Positions 28,291 through 38,001 of a stretch of DNA of 63,783 nt are shown here, piece after piece. The position numbers and the translations under genes are program-made. How positions within the stretch are numbered: the stretch's first letter is position 1; the number at the start of each line of letters is the position of its first letter. Source of the stretch: Patescibacteria group bacterium (GTDB taxonomy: Bacteria; Patescibacteriota; Patescibacteriia; UBA10025; JAHIVO01); contig JAHIVO010000005.1 in the NCBI GenBank assembly GCA_018816445.1, positions 1-63,783 of the forward strand, in the 5' to 3' direction. The notes beneath the pieces were generated by a model. That model saw nothing but the letters and a program-made list of their open reading frames with translations, ran no database searches and was not told the DNA's origin.

Positions 28291-28345
28291 GGATCAACCA
28301 CTTCCGCCCTAGGCGGACCAGCCTTGGGCTGGCGGCCACTCCTCC
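28291..28345 (-). pseudogene. orphan 5' fragment of tRNA-Ser with two mini-hairpins inserted in the D-loop
   Basis: GGAGGAGTGGCCG is identical to tRNA-Ser positions 1-13. Next come CCAGCCcaagGCTGG and CCGCCtaggGCGG, then AGTGGTTGA, which matches tRNA-Ser positions 14-22. Confidence 0.6.
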
Positions 28346-28891
28346 TTATCTTTGGTAAATATAAATTTTACTGGCTCTAGGATGGAATTTTTTTGAATCA
28401 ATGATTTTAGCCGGCTGCCAGGCTTTGATAGCGAAAGCAAAGCTGATAACCCGAGCACCGGGTTTTAGGTCCTGTTCAAGCTTGGCCTGAACTTTCGGCA
28501 TAACACTGTCCATTAAAAAGCAGAATACCACGTCGGCTCCGCTTAAATCCTGCTTGTAAAAGTTTTTATGATATAGGACAGTCTTTGATTTTTTCAGCTT
28601 GATGTTTAATCTAGCTAAAAAGTAAGCCCAGGGCGCGATTTCAAAACCGAATGTATTGGCCCCGGTTCTTTTTTCCACCTCAATTAAAAATCTGGCATCG
28701 CCGCAGCCCAGGTCATAAACGTTTTCCCCGGGTTTAATATTAGCTTCATCCAAGACCATGGCAATGACGCGGTTAGGCGTTCTGACAAAGGGCACCTTGG
28801 TATAAAAAAGGATAACCAAGGTGTATAAAGCCAGGATAGCGAAGGCGATTGAAGCAATTAGTACGAAGATTAACACTATTAAATATTCCAT
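28346..28891 (-). CDS. class I SAM-dependent methyltransferase, membrane-anchored
   Basis: VYDLGCGDARFLIEV (motif I) plus an N-terminal TM helix. Confidence 0.75.
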   Translation of the reverse strand: MEYLIVLIFVLIASIAFAILALYTLVILFYTKVPFVRTPNRVIAMVLDEANIKPGENVYDLGCGDARFLIEVEKRTGANTFGFEIAPWAYFLARLNIKLKKSKTVLYHKNFYKQDLSGADVVFCFLMDSVMPKVQAKLEQDLKPGARVISFAFAIKAWQPAKIIDSKKFHPRASKIYIYQR

Positions 28892-28894
28892 AAT

Positions 28895-30157
28895 TTAAAA
28901 TAATGGCGACTGGCCATGAGCAGATATTTTTTGTTCTTTTTTATTGAATACTTTAACTATGCCGTATTCACCGTCATAGCCGGGTTTAATAACAATGTCA
29001 CCTGTTCTTACTTTTTTAACACCTTCAGCTATTTTTGGCAAGGTTATAGTTTTTAGTTCGTCAAACGGCAGGTTGAGCAGAATGTTAAATTCATTTTTGC
29101 CTTGATTAATCATATTATCATATTCTGCCACTACTTTTTTTGTATTTACACCCTGGTTAAAAGCGTCGGCAATGATTTCCTGTAGGGGCACCAGGCATTT
29201 ATAAGGTGGACGGTTATCAGGCTGGTAGCCTTCCGGCCGGTCGGCCAGCTTATCTACGCGGTAGGACACGCCCACGGTCAGGGGTTTTTTGCATTTAGGG
29301 CAGATACCTTTTTTCTTTTTAGTTTCAGCGGGGGATAAGCAGATATTGCATTTGCGGTGGCCGTCCCAGTGATAGCGGCCTTCTTCAGGATAGAATTCAA
29401 CCGTATGGGCGATTTTATTCTTATTGTCACCCTGTTGTTTAAGGGCTTGGATAATATTTTTATAGCTCAATTGCTCCAGTTCAAAAACAGTGGCTTCACG
29501 CCCCAGTTTGTTGGGAGAGTGGGCATCAGAAAAAGATACAATAGACATGCGATCAAGCTGGGAAATCCGCCAGTTCATGGATGGATCGGAGGAGAGCCCG
29601 GTTTCCACCGCATAAATATGCGGTGTCATTTCTTCCCAGCATTCTTCCACGCTGTCAAAGCCAGACTCTGATCCGAACATTGAAAACCAAGGCGTCCAGA
29701 TATGAGCTGGGAAAACCAGGGCTTCAGGAGAAATTTCTAAAACAATCTTAGCCAGCTCTTTGACATCTAAACCTAAGATAGGGCGTCCGTCTGATTTAAT
29801 ATTACCGATTAAATTTAATTTAGCATTAATTTTTTCTACCACTTCAAGGTCAGGAGCAATGATATTAATATGGACGCGCCGGGTTTTATCATTTTTTTTA
29901 TAAATACAGCTAATTTCTGTAGTTAACATAAATTCTGCTTCATGCTTTCCTTTTTTTAGTTTATACAAACCATTATCCTGAAGTGAAAGTTTTTCTTTAA
30001 GTTCCTTAAACCAGGCCGGATAGGTAAAATCCGTACAAGAAATTATTTGTATACCTTTTTTATCCGCCCACTCGGCCATGGTTTCCAAAGTCATTTGTTT
30101 AGAAACAGCGCGAGAATATTTTGAGTGGGCATGTATGTCTGCTATGTATTCCGCCAT
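28895..30157 (-). CDS. Endonuclease Q-like PHP-domain protein
   Basis: N-terminal ADIHAHSKYSRA PHP motif and an internal zinc finger CNIC...CPKC. The length of about 420 aa also fits. The family was recalled from memory, not searched. Confidence 0.65.
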   Translation of the reverse strand: MAEYIADIHAHSKYSRAVSKQMTLETMAEWADKKGIQIISCTDFTYPAWFKELKEKLSLQDNGLYKLKKGKHEAEFMLTTEISCIYKKNDKTRRVHINIIAPDLEVVEKINAKLNLIGNIKSDGRPILGLDVKELAKIVLEISPEALVFPAHIWTPWFSMFGSESGFDSVEECWEEMTPHIYAVETGLSSDPSMNWRISQLDRMSIVSFSDAHSPNKLGREATVFELEQLSYKNIIQALKQQGDNKNKIAHTVEFYPEEGRYHWDGHRKCNICLSPAETKKKKGICPKCKKPLTVGVSYRVDKLADRPEGYQPDNRPPYKCLVPLQEIIADAFNQGVNTKKVVAEYDNMINQGKNEFNILLNLPFDELKTITLPKIAEGVKKVRTGDIVIKPGYDGEYGIVKVFNKKEQKISAHGQSPLF

Positions 30158-30410
30158 ATTTTTTTATCAGCCTTCGCGTCCGCTTCGGCGGACAAATGGG
30201 TTAATAGTTTAATCTCAATAAAATTTGCTAATTACTTTCTATAATAGTACTTTATTTTTATAATCAGTGAATGTAAATATAGTCTACCACTGGTTATTTA
30301 TTTACTCAAATAATCCTATATAAGAAATTCTTAAGTTTTATTTAGTTTAAATTTAAATCATTTTACGTAAATTTTAATTAATTGCAAAAGTTACCGTTTC
30401 TAACGGGATA

Positions 30411-30443
30411 AAATAAAAAAGGACTGCTATTGAGTAGCAGTCC
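30411..30443 (-). terminator. rho-independent terminator of the GT2 gene
   Basis: Stem ggactgcta/tagcagtcc, with a T-run on the minus strand. Confidence 0.7.
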
Positions 30444-30470
30444 CGTAGTGTACAATACTGCGGAGTGTGC

Positions 30471-31250
30471 TTACAGGGTTACCCCTCGGTTCATGGTTTG
30501 GATCAGATGCTGAGCAGAAATGCCTATGTTTTCATAGACGGCAATGAGAGCGGCAAAAGCTTCCATAAAGCGAGCTAGTTTTTTGTCTAGGCCTTCACCA
30601 TCATATTGCCGGGCACGACTGTCACTTCCATGACCGCGGTAAAGAGCGGGATGAGGTAGTTCAAGCCGTAGAGCTTGCGCATCATTCTTCCAAATTCTCA
30701 ATACCACTTCCATGGGAATACCATATCCCTTGGTAATCAATTGAGGTGTTATTACCTCAATAAGGCTCATGGGAACGGCGAAAAAACCTGACCGTGCATC
30801 GGTAATGATCATCCCGGTAGTGCTTCTTAATTCTCTGGCAAACATGTTATTAAGCATAACTCGATCAAGCATGGTGCCATCCTGAGGGGATTTTGGGTGG
30901 AAACGAGAGCAGACAGCAATGCTAGCGGTAGCCTGTAGCAGGTGCAGTAAAGAGATGATGAACTCTGGTCGATGTTGGCCGTCAGCATCAATCTTTATAA
31001 CATAGTCATAGCTGCCATGCGCCAGTATAGCCTCAAACCCAGCTTTATAAGCTGCACCCACACCCTGATTGTTTGGCAGAGTTACAGCAACACAACTTTC
31101 CTGTGTAATTATGTCAGCTGTATTATCCGTTGAGCCGTCGTTAACAACCCAGATATCGTCACCAGAACTGATTATCTGTTTAACATCAGTAATCATAGTA
31201 TCTAGGGTTGGGGCATCATTGTAGGCTGTGAACATGATAGCTGTTTTCAT
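30471..31250 (-). CDS. family 2 glycosyltransferase
   Basis: VNDGSTDNT and IKIDADGQH motifs. Higher GC. Confidence 0.8.
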   Translation of the reverse strand: MKTAIMFTAYNDAPTLDTMITDVKQIISSGDDIWVVNDGSTDNTADIITQESCVAVTLPNNQGVGAAYKAGFEAILAHGSYDYVIKIDADGQHRPEFIISLLHLLQATASIAVCSRFHPKSPQDGTMLDRVMLNNMFARELRSTTGMIITDARSGFFAVPMSLIEVITPQLITKGYGIPMEVVLRIWKNDAQALRLELPHPALYRGHGSDSRARQYDGEGLDKKLARFMEAFAALIAVYENIGISAQHLIQTMNRGVTL

Positions 31251-31373
31251 AATCAGCCTCTATCTTTCTATGTAAAGCAACATTTTTCGTATTTGTTTTT
31301 ATTATTTATAGTAGCTTAAAGCAGTTTGCCTTAACTGTCAAGGCAAGGTAATTTATTATTGTTTAATAATTAG

Positions 31374-32144
31374 TTATTTTATAATTGATTCAGCCAGGTC
31401 CAGCTGTTCATTAGTGTTGATACCCAGACCTTCAATAGGCCGGGCTGATACAGAAGATATTTTTTTCCCCTGTTGGCAGGCCATATGGATTAAGTCGGTA
31501 AGATAATATTCTTTTTGTGAATTATTTTTTGATAATTTATTAATGTTTTTCCAGAGCCACTGGGCATTAAAGCATAAATAGGTTGGGTTAAGTTCCTTGA
31601 TTTTTTTCTCTGTAGCAGTTGCGTCTTTTGTTTCTATAATTTTTACAATATTATTTTGTTTATTCCTAATTACCCTACCTAAGTCATAAAAATTTTTTCT
31701 CCAGCCGGAAAAATTTAGCATGGTAATGGTGGCCATAGTCAGAGTAGCTTTTGTTCGGGTGTGTTGGGTAGCCAGTCGTTTAATTGTTAGGGGATTGATG
31801 TAGGGTTTATCGGCGTAAAGGATTAGAATATGCTTTTTGTTGCTGCTGATTTTATTTTTAACACAAGCAACAGCATGGCCAGTACCCAGTCTTTTTGACT
31901 GAAGTGCATACATGTAATTTTTACCTAAATATTTTTTTACCTTATCTGCCTGGTGTCCGACTACAATAAAGGGTTTATGAGGGTAGCCGGTTTTTTTAAT
32001 AGTATCTGTTACATAACTAATAATTGGCTTGTTGTTTAACAATGTTAATACTTTAGGTAAGGATCCATTGTTCATTCTTTTGCCGCGTCCGGCCGCCAGT
32101 ATTATTATTTGAATATTTTTCATATATATTATAAGAGCCTGCAT
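31374..32144 (-). CDS. sugar-phosphate nucleotidyltransferase (GlmU N-terminal-domain-like)
   Basis: IILAAGRGKRM...LPKVL. The likely true start is MKNIQII at 32123. Confidence 0.75.
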   Translation of the reverse strand: MQALIIYMKNIQIIILAAGRGKRMNNGSLPKVLTLLNNKPIISYVTDTIKKTGYPHKPFIVVGHQADKVKKYLGKNYMYALQSKRLGTGHAVACVKNKISSNKKHILILYADKPYINPLTIKRLATQHTRTKATLTMATITMLNFSGWRKNFYDLGRVIRNKQNNIVKIIETKDATATEKKIKELNPTYLCFNAQWLWKNINKLSKNNSQKEYYLTDLIHMACQQGKKISSVSARPIEGLGINTNEQLDLAESIIK

Positions 32145-32175
32145 AAACCGCAGGCTCGGAAAGGGTAATTGGTAG

Positions 32176-33360
32176 TTAAATTACGCCGTTTTGTTTGCCA
32201 ATGTCTATAAAAGCATCAATGGCCTGCTGGACTTGCTCGTCAGTATGCGCAGCGGATAATTGCACGCGGATTCTGGCTTGATCCTTAGGCACTACTGGAA
32301 ACCAGAAGCCAATTACGTAAATTCCTTTTTCCAGGATATCAGCGGCCATCTTAGCTGCCACTTTAGCGTCGCCAAGCATGATGGGGACAATAGGATGTTC
32401 ATCTCCTTTGGTTGTAAAGCCGGCTTCTGCCATGGCCTGCCTGAATTTTTTTGTATTAGCTGCTAATTTTTCTCGTGCTTGTTTTAGGGCATCAGCATTG
32501 TCAATAATGTATTGTGTGGTAGCGACAATGGAAGGCGAGACAGAGTTAGAGAAAAGATAAGGTCGGGAACGCTGGCGCAGCAGGTCTACGATTTCTTGCC
32601 GAGCAGCAGTTACGCCGCCAGAGGCGCCGCCGAAAGCCTTGCCAAAAGTAGTGGTTATAATATCCACGCGACCTTCAGTGCCGGTGGCTTCTATGCTACC
32701 ACGTCCATTGGGCCCGATCACTCCGGTGGCATGCGAGTCGTCAACCATGACGGCAGCGTCATATTTATCGGCCAGGTCGCAAATTTCTTTAAGTTTGGCT
32801 ACCTCTCCATCCATACTAAAGACGCCGTCAGTTACTACCAGACGAGTACGCTGTTTTTGCGCTTCTTTCAGTTTATCTTCCAAGTCAGCCATATCATGAT
32901 GCTGGAAGCGGTAACGTTCAGCCTTACATAGCCGGACGCCGTCAATAATACTGGCGTGGTTAAGCGCATCTGAGATAATTGCGTCTTCAGCGGTTAAAAT
33001 TGTTTCAAACAGTCCGGCATTAGCGTCAAAACAGGATGAATAAAGGATGGCGCCGTCTGTTTTTAAATATTTTGCCGTGGTTTTTTCTAATTTACGGTGT
33101 TGGTCCTGGGTGCCGCAAATAAAGCGCACTGAAGAAAGGCCGTAGCCATATTTATCAAGGCCATCTTTGGCTGCCTGCACCACTTCCGGCTTATTAGATA
33201 AACCCAGATAATTATTAGCGCAGAAATTGATTACCTCTTTGCCATTGACTTTAATGACCGCTCCCTGGGGCGAGCCAATTTCCCGTTCGGTTTTCCATAA
33301 GCCCTGGTCTTTAATCTCTTTAGCTGTCTGGTTAATAGTATTTTTTAATGATTTAAACAT
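32176..33360 (-). CDS. kbl: 2-amino-3-ketobutyrate CoA ligase (glycine C-acetyltransferase)
   Basis: 394-aa ORF with the PLP-lysine region [12 protein letters not shown], downstream of tdh. Confidence 0.9.
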   Translation of the reverse strand: MFKSLKNTINQTAKEIKDQGLWKTEREIGSPQGAVIKVNGKEVINFCANNYLGLSNKPEVVQAAKDGLDKYGYGLSSVRFICGTQDQHRKLEKTTAKYLKTDGAILYSSCFDANAGLFETILTAEDAIISDALNHASIIDGVRLCKAERYRFQHHDMADLEDKLKEAQKQRTRLVVTDGVFSMDGEVAKLKEICDLADKYDAAVMVDDSHATGVIGPNGRGSIEATGTEGRVDIITTTFGKAFGGASGGVTAARQEIVDLLRQRSRPYLFSNSVSPSIVATTQYIIDNADALKQAREKLAANTKKFRQAMAEAGFTTKGDEHPIVPIMLGDAKVAAKMAADILEKGIYVIGFWFPVVPKDQARIRVQLSAAHTDEQVQQAIDAFIDIGKQNGVI

Positions 33361-33378
33361 ATTATTTATTTTAAAATA

Positions 33379-34530
33379 TTATTCTTCTAAATTTAAGACT
33401 ACCTTAGGATTGTTTAGCATAGCTTTTTCAAAATCTTCGCTGGTTATTTTACTAAAAGGCAGGATAGTACCCTGGCCATTTTTTAATAATCCTTCCCACA
33501 AGTGTTTTTGGACATTATTGGCAGTATTTTCCAGCAGCTGCTTGGTTGTTTTCCAGTTATCATATATGCGTCGTCCGATTATTGAATGTAGGGTAATACC
33601 CCTGATGATCATGCGATCAAAATCTTTAATAGTCATGTCCCCTGAACACAGGCCGAAAAGTATTATATGCCCGCCTCGCCTGACTGCTTTAACCGCAGTG
33701 TTCAGGCTAGAAGGATAGCCTGTCATTTCCAGGACAACGTCTGCTCCTATGTCGTCAGTGGCTTCAGTGACTTTTTTTATAACATTTTCATCATACCCTT
33801 GATTAGGCTGGCGCACTGTTTGTATTGTCTGATCAGCTCCGAATTGCCGGGCCAGTTTAAGCTTGTGATCATTAGGGTCAATGGCTGTAATTTGTGAAGC
33901 GCCGGTAGCCTTGGCAATTAATATGCACATTAAGCCGATCGGTCCACAGCCTAAAACAGCAACCCGCTTGTTTTTTAGGTCTACGCGGGTAGAAGCGTGC
34001 ACGGCATTGCCGAAAGGTTCCTGGATACTGGCAATTTCCGGCCTGACAATTTTAGGATTAGTTGGCCGCAAGATCAAGGCCGGTATTAAAATATATTTGG
34101 CAAAACAGCCGTTAATGCCAATGCCTAATATTTTTTCATTGGTACAGACATGATGCTCATTATGCAAACACTGGTAGCATTGGCCGCAGGTAATATGAGA
34201 TTCAGCACTGACCGTGTCGCCTTTTTTTATGCCAAACTGGTTTTCCACTTGCGAGCCGGTAGTTATAACCTCACCAAAAAATTCATGGCCAATTATGCGC
34301 TGATCCTTGCCCTCTTTGGATAGGGAGTCAAAAATCATATCCTTAAAAGCTTTCCTGAACCAGATGCCCTTGTCAGATCCGCACACTCCAGCCCGTAATA
34401 CTTTGACTATTGTCCAGAGGGCGTGTTCCGGATTATTATTTTCATCAAGTTTGGGTTCAGGAACTTCTACTTTTTTTAAGCCCTTTGTCTTTTCCCAGTC
34501 ATCGTTTTTATCTATAATAAATGCTTGCAT
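33379..34530 (-). CDS. tdh: L-threonine 3-dehydrogenase (Zn-dependent)
   Basis: GVCGSD, GHEFFGEV, structural-zinc CGQCYQC and GCGPIG. It is paired with kbl. Confidence 0.85.
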   Translation of the reverse strand: MQAFIIDKNDDWEKTKGLKKVEVPEPKLDENNNPEHALWTIVKVLRAGVCGSDKGIWFRKAFKDMIFDSLSKEGKDQRIIGHEFFGEVITTGSQVENQFGIKKGDTVSAESHITCGQCYQCLHNEHHVCTNEKILGIGINGCFAKYILIPALILRPTNPKIVRPEIASIQEPFGNAVHASTRVDLKNKRVAVLGCGPIGLMCILIAKATGASQITAIDPNDHKLKLARQFGADQTIQTVRQPNQGYDENVIKKVTEATDDIGADVVLEMTGYPSSLNTAVKAVRRGGHIILFGLCSGDMTIKDFDRMIIRGITLHSIIGRRIYDNWKTTKQLLENTANNVQKHLWEGLLKNGQGTILPFSKITSEDFEKAMLNNPKVVLNLEE

Positions 34531-34757
34531 CTAATTTTCGTTTTTATTAATAATAAATACTTAGGTGTTTGCATTAAATTAAATAGTATATGCCTGAAAA
34601 TGTCAAGGCCTATTAGATTGTAATTATGAGAAAAATTAGATGAAGTCTTTTTTTCCTTATATTGAGAACATTATCATAGTTCAATCGGTAAATAAAAAAA
34701 GTGCCGGAGAATTAATTCATAACTCTGACACTTTACAGTAATTGAGCTGATGGGTTA

Positions 34758-35543
34758 CTATCTGGCGAAAAGGTTCAAAAGTAATTGGTGTATGTGTTGA
34801 TTTGGGGCGAGGAGTACAGGTAGTGGCTGATCTATTGCCATAATCGGTTTATTATCGAGCGTTGTTGCAATACCACCTATTTCTTGCAGGATCGGCACTG
34901 CCGCCGCAATGTCTACAGACATTGTTCCTGAGCTGATAAAGGCGTGTAGATTGCCTAACATCACTCGTTGACAGGCAAATGTAGTACACCCAAGCAGGTA
35001 CGTGTAGCGAATAGCCGGTGCGAGCACCGATAGGTCAGTAAGAATATCTCTGTCGCGTGTATGATATGTACTGTATTCGTATCCTACAATTAATTGATGT
35101 AGCTCGGGTTTTGTAGGTATTGGTTTGAGCTGTTGGCCATTACACCACGACCCGAGTGACAGTCCCCCCATGAGACATACCTTGGTAATCGGGAAGTAGA
35201 GTACACCGGCGACGAATTGTTGGTCAATCTCCAGTCCGATGGAAATGCCAAAGTCCAGACCAGCAATATAATTTATTGTGCCGTCTACCGGGTCAATGTG
35301 AAATACTCCATCGGTTCCCGAAAAACGGCTTCCTTCCTCACCATTAATGCCAATATTGGGGAAATGTTTTTTCAGTTCAATCACCAATAAACACTCTGCT
35401 TCTGTGTCGGCTTTAGTTGCTATGTTATGCGGCAATCCCTTTGTTATAGTGCTATTTTGGATTTGATCACGCATTTCCAGCACAGTTGATCCAACACTTT
35501 GTGCTATTTTAGCAATAGTGTCCAATTCATCAATTGATAGCAT
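34758..35543 (-). CDS. inositol monophosphatase / CysQ-family phosphatase
   Basis: GEEG and IDPVDGTINY motifs. The start is set at the ATG after the SD GGGAGG. A TTGACA-17-TAATGT promoter lies upstream. Confidence 0.8.
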   Translation of the reverse strand: MLSIDELDTIAKIAQSVGSTVLEMRDQIQNSTITKGLPHNIATKADTEAECLLVIELKKHFPNIGINGEEGSRFSGTDGVFHIDPVDGTINYIAGLDFGISIGLEIDQQFVAGVLYFPITKVCLMGGLSLGSWCNGQQLKPIPTKPELHQLIVGYEYSTYHTRDRDILTDLSVLAPAIRYTYLLGCTTFACQRVMLGNLHAFISSGTMSVDIAAAVPILQEIGGIATTLDNKPIMAIDQPLPVLLAPNQHIHQLLLNLFAR

Positions 35544-35624
35544 AATGTTTCCTCCCTTGTGCAAATTATTCTTCATAATACATTAACAGATGTTATGTTT
35601 TATGTCAAGGCCGTATGATTGAAT

Positions 35625-35657
35625 AAAAAATAAAATCGGAGAAAATAAATTTCTCCG
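35625..35657 (-). terminator. second minus-strand terminator in the GK1-IMPase spacer
   Basis: Stem cggagaaa/tttctccg, with a T-run on the minus strand. Confidence 0.55.
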
Positions 35658-35700
35658 GTTGGGTGAGCTAACTCAGAGAGATTCCTTTAAATTCCATAAT

Positions 35701-35745
35701 AAAAATACCTCCATCAAGTTCGCTTACGCGGTTATGATGGAGGTA
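35701..35745 (-). terminator. rho-independent terminator after the GK-like/PHP operon
   Basis: 11-bp stem tacctccatca/tgatggaggta, with a T-run on the minus strand. Confidence 0.7.
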
Positions 35746-35776
35746 TGTTATAGATCTTTGTAGGATCTACCACGAT

Positions 35777-36523
35777 TCAACTTAATAGACTGGCAATCGT
35801 CTGCGCTGCTATCTCGCTTTGGTCCGTCTGGTTGACGATAAATGCGTCAACGGTTGGTCGATCGACATGCTGTACAGTGAGAGCTTCCTTTAGGTGTTTA
35901 ATGCTCATGCTAAGCCGAGCAATAAATTCTTCACCATCTGTTTCTCTGTTCCTGGACCGCAGCCGCTTTTCCAGCTCTTCAAATGTTGGCGGAAGCACAA
36001 AGATGGATATCCAGGTGGCTTGTGAGATCTTAGAATCTGCATCCTGCAGCAGATCAAGTGGAGTCTTTGCGCTACCTTCCATGACCCATCGGCCGCCTGA
36101 GAGTGCTTTATGGAGATTGGAGCGACATAGGCCGCGCCATTGTCCGTAGCGATTTCTCGGTGTGCCGACGAATTCACCATTGGAAAACATACTTTGAAAT
36201 TTGTTCTCAGTGATGTGCAAGTATTGTTTTCCATCCGTCTCGCCAGGACCGAGCGGCCGTGTAGTATGGCGAGTAAGAAGAGAAAATCCATATTGTGAGA
36301 GCAGTGTCTGGACGATTGTTCCTTTGCCTGCACCTGACGGACCACTAAGAAAGATGAGGTGAGGATGACAAGGATTACTACCAATCCTATCCGCGAGTTG
36401 TCGCATTGTAGCGCGCTGGATCGCTTCTGCCATTTCTAAAAAAGTGGGAGGAGCATCCACAGCACGGGAGTGAAGCAGAGCAACTAGCGTCTCATTCCAA
36501 TCTGTTTTAAGGGTAGTTGTCAT
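35777..36523 (-). CDS. guanylate-kinase-like P-loop kinase with a novel ~55-aa N-terminal extension (GK-like 1)
   Basis: GPSGAGKGT, TTRPLGPGETDGKQY, YGQWRGL and FVLPPTFEELEKRL. Its start overlaps the PHP gene stop (ATGA). Confidence 0.7.
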   Translation of the reverse strand: MTTTLKTDWNETLVALLHSRAVDAPPTFLEMAEAIQRATMRQLADRIGSNPCHPHLIFLSGPSGAGKGTIVQTLLSQYGFSLLTRHTTRPLGPGETDGKQYLHITENKFQSMFSNGEFVGTPRNRYGQWRGLCRSNLHKALSGGRWVMEGSAKTPLDLLQDADSKISQATWISIFVLPPTFEELEKRLRSRNRETDGEEFIARLSMSIKHLKEALTVQHVDRPTVDAFIVNQTDQSEIAAQTIASLLS

Positions 36524-37563
36524 TATTCATCTCCTGTGAGTTTTACCGGCTGCCACTCAAGACGGCCACTACTGTTTCGCTGCCCAGATGTTTGGACAAG
36601 CTCAGTGATGCCATTTCTTAAGCAGAACTGCAGTAGATCATCAAATCCTCTGCCGATCTGGCGCTGGTTATGAGAGTCGTCTCCAGCGGTAAACCCAACG
36701 CCTGCTTGCTGAAATACCGGAATCCAGCGGGCAGGGAAGTAAGGATTGTCTCGATGCTTCCCTTTTTTCATTCCTGACGCGTTCAGGTCGGCAATGATTC
36801 CCAGTTGAGCCATTTTTTGAGCAACGGCTTGGATTATCTTTTGCGTGGCGTCTGTGTCCGGACAGGCATCCAGGTGCTTTTGCCAGGCAAAAGCATGACC
36901 GAGGATGTCAACTTCACTAGTGAGTGAAGAAAGCGTTGCTTCCCATACCGCAATCCAGAAAGCCTCAGGTCCAAGTTGCCGGTATACATCGAGGGTGCGT
37001 TCCAGCTCTCCGTCCTGCCGACCGAGTCGAAGAATTTCTCCGCCAATCTCTGGATAGTGGACCGACATGACTCTGATGATTGTTGGATAATTCTTCGCCA
37101 CCCACTGCAGCGTTGGTGTGGAATCCACAAATCTTGCGGGTAGTTGGTCAAATTCAACACCGACGAGATGAGCTGGTTGAATGGACGTTGCTGCCTCAAG
37201 AAAGACAGGAAAGTCATTTTGCGGCATCACGAGGCGGCAATCCTGAAATGGTTTGCCGTAGCGATCAGCAAAGAATTGCTCGAAGGCTGTCGGAAGCGGA
37301 GCATGACATAAGAGTAGCGGTTCAATTTCCGCTTTCTCATAAGTCAGAAGATAACAGCTAAAAATGGTTTTTAACTGCTCTACTTTTTCTGCTTGAGTCT
37401 CAGGAGCAGGGGATATGGCATAACACCATCGTCGGGCTGGACAATCAGGACATTTATCTGGATATAGCCAGTTCGTACCGAAGTCCTGCGGTTTCAAGCT
37501 CGAGTAGGGCACTGTGTGATTATCAATCACCGAGTGTCCTCCGTGGTTAGAAAAGTTTATCAT
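36523..37563 (-). CDS. PHP-family (histidinol-phosphatase-like) hydrolase with an inserted Cys-containing segment
   Basis: N-terminal NHGGHS, mid DILGHAF and C-terminal AGDDSHN resemble the PHP metal ligands. There is also a CPDCPARRWC segment, and the SD is AAGGAGA. Confidence 0.5.
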   Translation of the reverse strand: MINFSNHGGHSVIDNHTVPYSSLKPQDFGTNWLYPDKCPDCPARRWCYAISPAPETQAEKVEQLKTIFSCYLLTYEKAEIEPLLLCHAPLPTAFEQFFADRYGKPFQDCRLVMPQNDFPVFLEAATSIQPAHLVGVEFDQLPARFVDSTPTLQWVAKNYPTIIRVMSVHYPEIGGEILRLGRQDGELERTLDVYRQLGPEAFWIAVWEATLSSLTSEVDILGHAFAWQKHLDACPDTDATQKIIQAVAQKMAQLGIIADLNASGMKKGKHRDNPYFPARWIPVFQQAGVGFTAGDDSHNQRQIGRGFDDLLQFCLRNGITELVQTSGQRNSSGRLEWQPVKLTGDE

Positions 37564-37674
37564 GAGTTCTCCTTAGTATTCTATGGTTACGGTGAGTATT
37601 CTATTTAGTTGATTTTAATGTGCTTATTTTGATCAAATCAGTAATCATGAAATTACTATTTAATTTGACTTAGT

Positions 37675-37703
37675 ATCATAGCACAACCAGTATAAACTGT
37701 CAA
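37675..37703 (-). promoter_or_regulatory. sigma70-type promoter of the PHP/GK-like operon
   Basis: On the minus strand: TTGACA, a 17-nt spacer, then TATGAT. Confidence 0.55.
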
Positions 37704-38001
37704 TACTTAATTATATAAATAATTATAAGTAGTGAAAGACTTCTAGGCGTTTGGCTAGAAGCTAACAGGAAAAATACCGGCATCATATAAATTTTTTAAC
37801 TCACAATCAATTTATCAATGAAAAGTCATCAATGATCGGCATTCATCTAAAAAAATAATATTAATTGTGATGAGCATAGCTTATTGACTAGGCAACAGTT
37901 TTTGATGTAAACTGATGAGTAATCATCCATTGACGCTGATGAATGGTAATGTATAAGGGAGAAAATGGTCACACCCTAGTGTAAATATTATATTATTTTT
38001 T

